Shown one piece after another: positions 16,401 through 20,000 of a stretch of 20,000 nucleotides of DNA. Every line of letters begins with the position of its first letter. The stretch's first letter is position 1. The position numbers and the translations under genes are program-made. The DNA comes from an uncultured Rhodopirellula sp. (lineage in GTDB: Bacteria > Planctomycetota > Planctomycetia > Pirellulales > Pirellulaceae). The notes under the pieces are model-generated. The model had not been told where the DNA came from. It worked only from the letters and a program-made list of their open reading frames with translations, and searched no databases. Location: the NCBI GenBank assembly GCA_964007735.1, contig CAXGAI010000006.1, positions 120,023 to 140,022 of the forward strand, written 5' to 3'.

Positions 16401-18071
16401 ATGAAAATTCACGCGATTCTACGAACCGGTTTTCGTCTTATGGTGTTAACAACAAGTCTGATTTTTACTCAGACTTGTCCCTGCTCAGCCGCGGAACCTG
16501 TTCGCGTCTTCATCTTTGCCGGCCAGTCCAATATGGTCGGTTCGGATTCAAAGGTAAAAGACATTGCTCAATTCCCTCCTTTCCGGGGACTTGAGCAACC
16601 GCAGACAAATGTCCGGTTTTCTTATTCGATCGGCCGCGAAAACAAAATGGAATCGAACGGCTGGGTCGATCTGCAACCAGTGAACAACGTCGTGGGGCCC
16701 GAACTTAGCTTTGCGAGAAAGGTAACCCAATCGATTGATACTCCCATCGCCATCATCAAAGTGGCCGCCGGGGGTACTCATCTGGGCGGAGATTGGAACC
16801 CGGATCAACCTATTGGCTTTGAAATGTACCCCTTAGCCCTGAAGGTCATCCAGCAGTCACTCCAGCAATTGGAAGACCAGGGGCATGAATACCGCATTGA
16901 AGGGTTCATGTGGCATCAGGGCGAAAATGATATGTTCAACGAAGAATACATGGCCAACTACGGAAAGAATCTGAAGAATTTCCTTATGCGGTGGCGAACG
17001 GATCTTAAAACCCCCGGTCTGCGTTTTTACATCGGTGAACTCTGTACAAAGACCATTTGGGGAATGGACCTGCGGCCACGCATGTATGCCATCAGCCTCG
17101 GGCAAAAAGAAGTCGCTACCAGTGATCAATTAGCTCAGTACGTACCAACATCTCATGTTGGTGTGGAAATCGGAGGTGGTGTAGGACTTCACTACCACTA
17201 CGGAACGCTTGGCCAACTGGAGCATGGCGTAAACTATGCCACCGCCTACCTGCAGAATATCGGCGTTGATACCGAACCCGGAGCAACAACACACGAGCTG
17301 AGGAAACTTCCCTATACGAAGCGGAAGCCTGTCAAACTTCTCATCATGGCTGGCCATCGTAACATGGAAGGAGAACGCGCATTTACGCAGGAATTGGCTG
17401 AACTAGACACCTACAAGCATCTACTCAAACCACAAGAGAAAGTCGCTTATCAATACAACATCGGTGGTGGCTATAGAACATCGTCAGGATGGGAAGCAAT
17501 GCGTCCTGCAGGCTACTATGACAACTTCGGTCCTGAAGTAAGTTTCGCTGCCGAAATCAGCCAGCATTCCGGTGAACAAATCGCGATTGCCAAATTCACC
17601 CATAGCGGCAGTCAGATCATCGACTGGACTCCGGAAGGGAGCCCGGCAAAGACCAGACATCTCTATCCTGCCTTCATCGAATTCGTGAAGAAATCGCATC
17701 ATTCACTGACAGAGAAAGGATACGACGTTGAAATTGCAGGCATCTTCTACCATCTTGGAGAAAACGATATGTCATTTTATCCCTACCGCAAAGACGCTGC
17801 GTCACGCCTACAGGCAATTGTCAATCAAAGTCGGATGGACTTGGAATTGTCCGATCTCAACTGGTATGTCAGTCAACAACCTCCTACGGATGACGAACGA
17901 GTTAACCAGGTCGATGTCGTTTCCATGGTAAAAGCAATCGCCGAAAAAGATCCTCATTTACATCACATTAAGGTGTTTAATTTACCGCCACAGCAGAAAA
18001 AGTTAGTGATCACGACCGAGGGTATCGTGCGTTTAGGAGAATCCATCGCAAAATATTATCTAGAACAATAA
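16401..18071 (+). CDS. Sialate O-acetylesterase (SASA/DUF303, SGNH) family protein with two tandem domains
   Basis: Domain 1: VFIFAGQSNM, GPELSFA, IAIIKVAAGGT, FMWHQGEND. Domain 2: LLIMAGHRNM, GPEVSFA, IAIAKFTHSGS, IFYHLGEND. ATG 16401 gives a plausible signal peptide ending ...CSA-AEP. Confidence 0.88.
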   Translation: MKIHAILRTGFRLMVLTTSLIFTQTCPCSAAEPVRVFIFAGQSNMVGSDSKVKDIAQFPPFRGLEQPQTNVRFSYSIGRENKMESNGWVDLQPVNNVVGPELSFARKVTQSIDTPIAIIKVAAGGTHLGGDWNPDQPIGFEMYPLALKVIQQSLQQLEDQGHEYRIEGFMWHQGENDMFNEEYMANYGKNLKNFLMRWRTDLKTPGLRFYIGELCTKTIWGMDLRPRMYAISLGQKEVATSDQLAQYVPTSHVGVEIGGGVGLHYHYGTLGQLEHGVNYATAYLQNIGVDTEPGATTHELRKLPYTKRKPVKLLIMAGHRNMEGERAFTQELAELDTYKHLLKPQEKVAYQYNIGGGYRTSSGWEAMRPAGYYDNFGPEVSFAAEISQHSGEQIAIAKFTHSGSQIIDWTPEGSPAKTRHLYPAFIEFVKKSHHSLTEKGYDVEIAGIFYHLGENDMSFYPYRKDAASRLQAIVNQSRMDLELSDLNWYVSQQPPTDDERVNQVDVVSMVKAIAEKDPHLHHIKVFNLPPQQKKLVITTEGIVRLGESIAKYYLEQ

Positions 18072-18111
18072 ATGCAATGTCGCGTGCGTGCTTCTGTGTA
18101 AAGCAGACAAA

Positions 18112-18320
18112 TTACTTGGTTAGGAAGATATCACTGAGCACAATCAGTTTGATCAGATCCTTGAGGCGATTGCCTGACTTATCCAGCGTAATGACAATCT
18201 TTTCGATCTCGCCACGGTCAACCGGCTCCAAAATACGACCACTTGAGTAAGCCAGCAACTTCCGGGTTAATCCCCGTACAATCTGCGACTCATTTTCAAC
18301 CAATATTGTTTTCAAGGCGA
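18112..18320 (-). pseudogene. C-terminal fragment of a planctomycete DUF1585 (PSD-domain) protein, 5' part lost at a chimeric junction
   Basis: ALKTILVENESQIVRGLTRKLLAYSSGRILEPVDRGEIEKIV...GNRLKDLIKLIVLSDIFLTK* matches the usual C-terminus of DUF1592/1588/1585 proteins; 50% GC at 18181-18240. The upstream part of the listed ORF is an off-frame reading of the ABC fragment. Confidence 0.7.
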
Positions 18321-18550
18321 CTGCATAAACTCCCCACTTTTTCTCGGATAGCTTGATAGCGAGGAGAGACAAGCCTCTGATAAAGTAAACTTCCCCATAA
18401 AATAATTGGAATCGGAACCAAGGCAAAACAAGCCAAGGGCCACGAGGTCGAAAACATGATGTAGCTAGCAAAAAGTACCAAGATAACCATTTGAATAATC
18501 TCGTTAAAAATAGTATTCAAAAACCGCTCTAGTTGATTAATATCATCAGA
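18300..18550 (-). pseudogene. Internal fragment of an ABC exporter (MsbA-like) transmembrane domain
   Basis: DDINQLERFLNTIFNEIIQMVILVLF...WPLACFALVPIPIILWGS...RYQAIREKVGSLCSRLENNI is a typical ABC_membrane segment. No start and no NBD; about 38% GC at 18361-18540. Confidence 0.75.
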
Positions 18551-18948
18551 GGTAAGATTGAGCCACATGATTGCGTTACTATCAGAATCAATTTTTGAAA
18601 TTTCTGGAGGGTTAGAATCTTTTGGTAAATTTTCTAAAATTCTTGAAACAGAATCCCTAACGTCATTCGCTGCTTCATCAATATTTTTATTTGCTATAAA
18701 CTCAATAGTTACTTTGGACCTACCATCTCTACTTACAGAAGAGATAGATTCAATTCCATCAATTCCACTTATTTGTGCTTCAATTATTTCTGTGATTTTT
18801 GTTTCAATAATACTTGATGAAGCTCCAGGATAAATGGTATCAATTGTAATTTCGCTTCGTTCTATGTCGGGAAATTGTCTTAAAGGAAGTTCTTTTAAAG
18901 ATAGATATCCTACCAATATTAAAAAACTTGCAAGAACAAAACAAAATA
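18540..18948 (-). pseudogene. N-terminal fragment of an RND efflux permease (AcrB/AcrD/AcrF family)
   Basis: FCFVLASFLILVGYLSLKELPLRQFPDIE...TIYPGASSSIIETKIT...GIDGIESISSVSRDGRSKVTIEF...IDEAANDVRDSVSR...LPKDSNPPEISK...IMWLNLTS covers TM1 and the first periplasmic subdomain only. About 29% GC in sampled lines. Its native start is missing; the upstream frame hits a stop at 19004-19006. Confidence 0.85.
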
Positions 18949-19121
18949 TACCTTGGGTAAAACGAGAAGACTTTAGAGATATATATGAACGCTTAGTAGA
19001 GTTTCATATAAATAAAGCACTTAAAGAAAAAGTATTAGAACTAGATGGTGATGTGCCTGAATGGGTAAAGATAGCAGTTCATAGTACATTAGATGAATTA
19101 GAATTAGATTTAGACGAATAA
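18936..19121 (+). CDS. 3' part of a phage-like hypothetical protein (5' end lost at junction)
   Basis: KQNIPWVKREDFRDIYERLVE...LDELELDLDE*. TAATG stop/start overlap with the next gene. The first about 33 codons of the listed ORF (from 18834) are antisense AcrB sequence. Confidence 0.5.
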   Translation, partial: TKQNIPWVKREDFRDIYERLVEFHINKALKEKVLELDGDVPEWVKIAVHSTLDELELDLDE

Positions 19122-19552
19122 TGGGAATACCTTTTGAAATAATAACAATGCTTGGTTCTACCATATTAGGTGGACTTATGAGCATGTGGTCGCAATCTAT
19201 AAAAGCTAAACAAGCTCAACAAGCTATGTTAATGGAACGAGCTAAGTTCCAACAAAAAGCTGTTAAAGATGCAAGAGAATACGAAAACGTAGGCTTTCAA
19301 TGGACAAGAAGAATTATAGCATTAACAGCAATTTTTTCAATTGTTGTTCTTCCTAAAATAGTAGCTATATTTTATCCAGAAGTTTCTGTAACAGTAGGCT
19401 ACACAGAGTTTAGACCCGGATTTTTCTTTATACCTGAAAAGGAAGTAATGGAATGGAAAGCTTTAAAAGGTCTAGTAATAACTCCTCTTGATACTAACTT
19501 AGTAGGTGCTATAGTTGGTATGTATTTTGGAGGTAGTTTAGTTAAAAAATAA
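19121..19552 (+). CDS. Phage membrane protein, 3-TM holin-like
   Basis: N-terminal hydrophobic segment, charged helical linker, WTRRIIAL-led TM segment and C-terminal LVGAIVGMYFGGSLVKK. This resembles the layout of GTA-type 3-TM holins. Confidence 0.55.
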   Translation: MGIPFEIITMLGSTILGGLMSMWSQSIKAKQAQQAMLMERAKFQQKAVKDAREYENVGFQWTRRIIALTAIFSIVVLPKIVAIFYPEVSVTVGYTEFRPGFFFIPEKEVMEWKALKGLVITPLDTNLVGAIVGMYFGGSLVKK

Positions 19553-19689
19553 TGGAAAAAACTATAAAAGATATAATAAAGAACTCACAAAATGAACTTC
19601 AAGACAATTGTTATAATGGATTGTTTTGGGATTTAGAAACCAAAAAATTCCTAAGATGGAATGAACTTATTAAAAAGGAGTGCAAATAA
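19552..19689 (+). CDS. Small phage-like hypothetical protein (45 aa)
   Basis: Translated by hand: MEKTIKDIIKNSQNELQDNCYNGLFWDLETKKFLRWNELIKKECK*. The ATG overlaps the holin-like stop (TAATG). Confidence 0.55.
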   Translation: MEKTIKDIIKNSQNELQDNCYNGLFWDLETKKFLRWNELIKKECK

Positions 19690-19777
19690 ACTGAAAGCAG
19701 TGACCGATAGTGTCTGCGTTATATGTATTGTTGGTTGGATATATTTAGTAGTTTCGGGATACTACTACTTCTTCTAA
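19661..19777 (+). CDS. Small single-TM hypothetical protein (38 aa)
   Basis: Translated by hand: MNLLKRSANKLKAVTDSVCVICIVGWIYLVVSGYYYFF*. Basic N-terminus followed by a hydrophobic helix; overlaps the previous ORF by 29 bp. Confidence 0.4.
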   Translation: MNLLKRSANKLKAVTDSVCVICIVGWIYLVVSGYYYFF

Positions 19778-19861
19778 CCACTACTAAAACTTAAGAAGAA
19801 CCCTAAAAGAATGCTATTGTTAGCTTCACAGGGAAATTGCATTTAAAAAAAGGATAAAAGA

Positions 19862-20000
19862 ATGGGAGACGAGTATCATCCTTCAGGAAGATTTGGTGGA
19901 GACATGGACAGGAACGAGGTTGAGATTGACCTTAATAAGTTCATGGCTTTACTACAAGAAAAGTCTGAATTAAAAGATAGGATAAGAGAGTTAGAAGACG
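19862..20000 (+). CDS. Phage-like hypothetical protein, 5' part (runs off the window)
   Basis: AAGGA upstream; MGDEYHPSGRFGGDMDRNEVEIDLNKFMALLQEKSELKDRIRELED, open to the edge and coiled-coil-like. Confidence 0.6.
   Translation, partial: MGDEYHPSGRFGGDMDRNEVEIDLNKFMALLQEKSELKDRIRELED

Larger units (their letters stand above)
18936..20000 (+). mobile_element. AT-rich phage-like segment (no integrase or att site seen)
   Basis: About 25-35% GC in sampled lines; five short co-oriented ORFs, two TAATG overlaps, several membrane peptides and a holin-like gene; abrupt break from the 48-50% GC host-like DNA. Confidence 0.6.

Noticed and set aside
2313..17931. Numerous 60-150 aa ORFs overlapping the long genes
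   Set aside because: They lie within or largely overlap well-supported CDSs on the opposite strand or an alternate frame and show no family motifs.
18072..18111. Intrinsic terminator between the convergent SASA and DUF1585 genes
   Set aside because: Only 4-bp stems (TCTG/CAGA, TGCT/AGCA) and no U-tract; too weak to call.
18321..18471. N-terminal half of listed ORF 18112-18471 as part of a 119-aa protein
   Set aside because: It is an off-frame reading of the ABC fragment. Only the last about 68 aa resemble DUF1585.
18296..18916. 206-aa ORF that looks like a novel AcrB-ABC transporter fusion
   Set aside because: Both halves are internal fragments with no native start or stop, differ in GC, and meet at a shared SDD stretch flanked by two other junctions. 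A chimera explains this better than a real fusion gene.
18936..20000. Integrated prophage with an att site at the boundary
   Set aside because: No integrase, tRNA or direct repeat. The phage gene at the boundary is itself cut mid-ORF and abuts foreign AcrB DNA, not host DNA.
1..20000. CRISPR array, tRNA/rRNA, IS element or anti-phage defence genes
   Set aside because: No regularly spaced direct repeats, cloverleaf, transposase or nuclease/ATPase defence motifs seen by eye. Almost all of the window is accounted for by CDSs.

Overview
Positions 1 to about 18,310 (about 45-50% GC in sampled lines) look like ordinary Planctomycetota/PVC-type chromosome. They carry a Tad-pilus cpaB-cpaC pair (cpaC runs off the left edge and is missing from the ORF track), a Tat-exported Gfo/Idh/MocA oxidoreductase, and an operon of secreted nucleoside hydrolase, SelA/DgaE-like PLP enzyme, sulfatase and a small PDZ protein. 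Next come a second sulfatase, a 1510-aa TIM-barrel/LamG/heme-c/propeller/cupredoxin protein, an alpha/beta hydrolase, a membrane-anchored TAXI-type binding protein, a tandem SASA esterase and the C-terminus of a DUF1585-type protein. From about 18,300 the sequence stops being one coherent locus. It is a serial chimera of an ABC-exporter fragment (about 250 bp), an AT-rich AcrB fragment (about 400 bp) and AT-rich phage-like DNA with a 3-TM holin-like gene. Each junction falls in a short stretch readable in both partners' frames, which most likely reflects an assembly or amplification artefact. The best candidate novelties are a stand-alone, apparently circularly permuted secreted PDZ domain with a Cys at each new terminus, a possible three-way-junction RNA upstream of cpaB, the heme-plus-copper multidomain protein and the receptor-like orphan TAXI protein. 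I found no CRISPR array, rRNA, tRNA, transposase or integrase. All family assignments are from motif recognition, not database searches.
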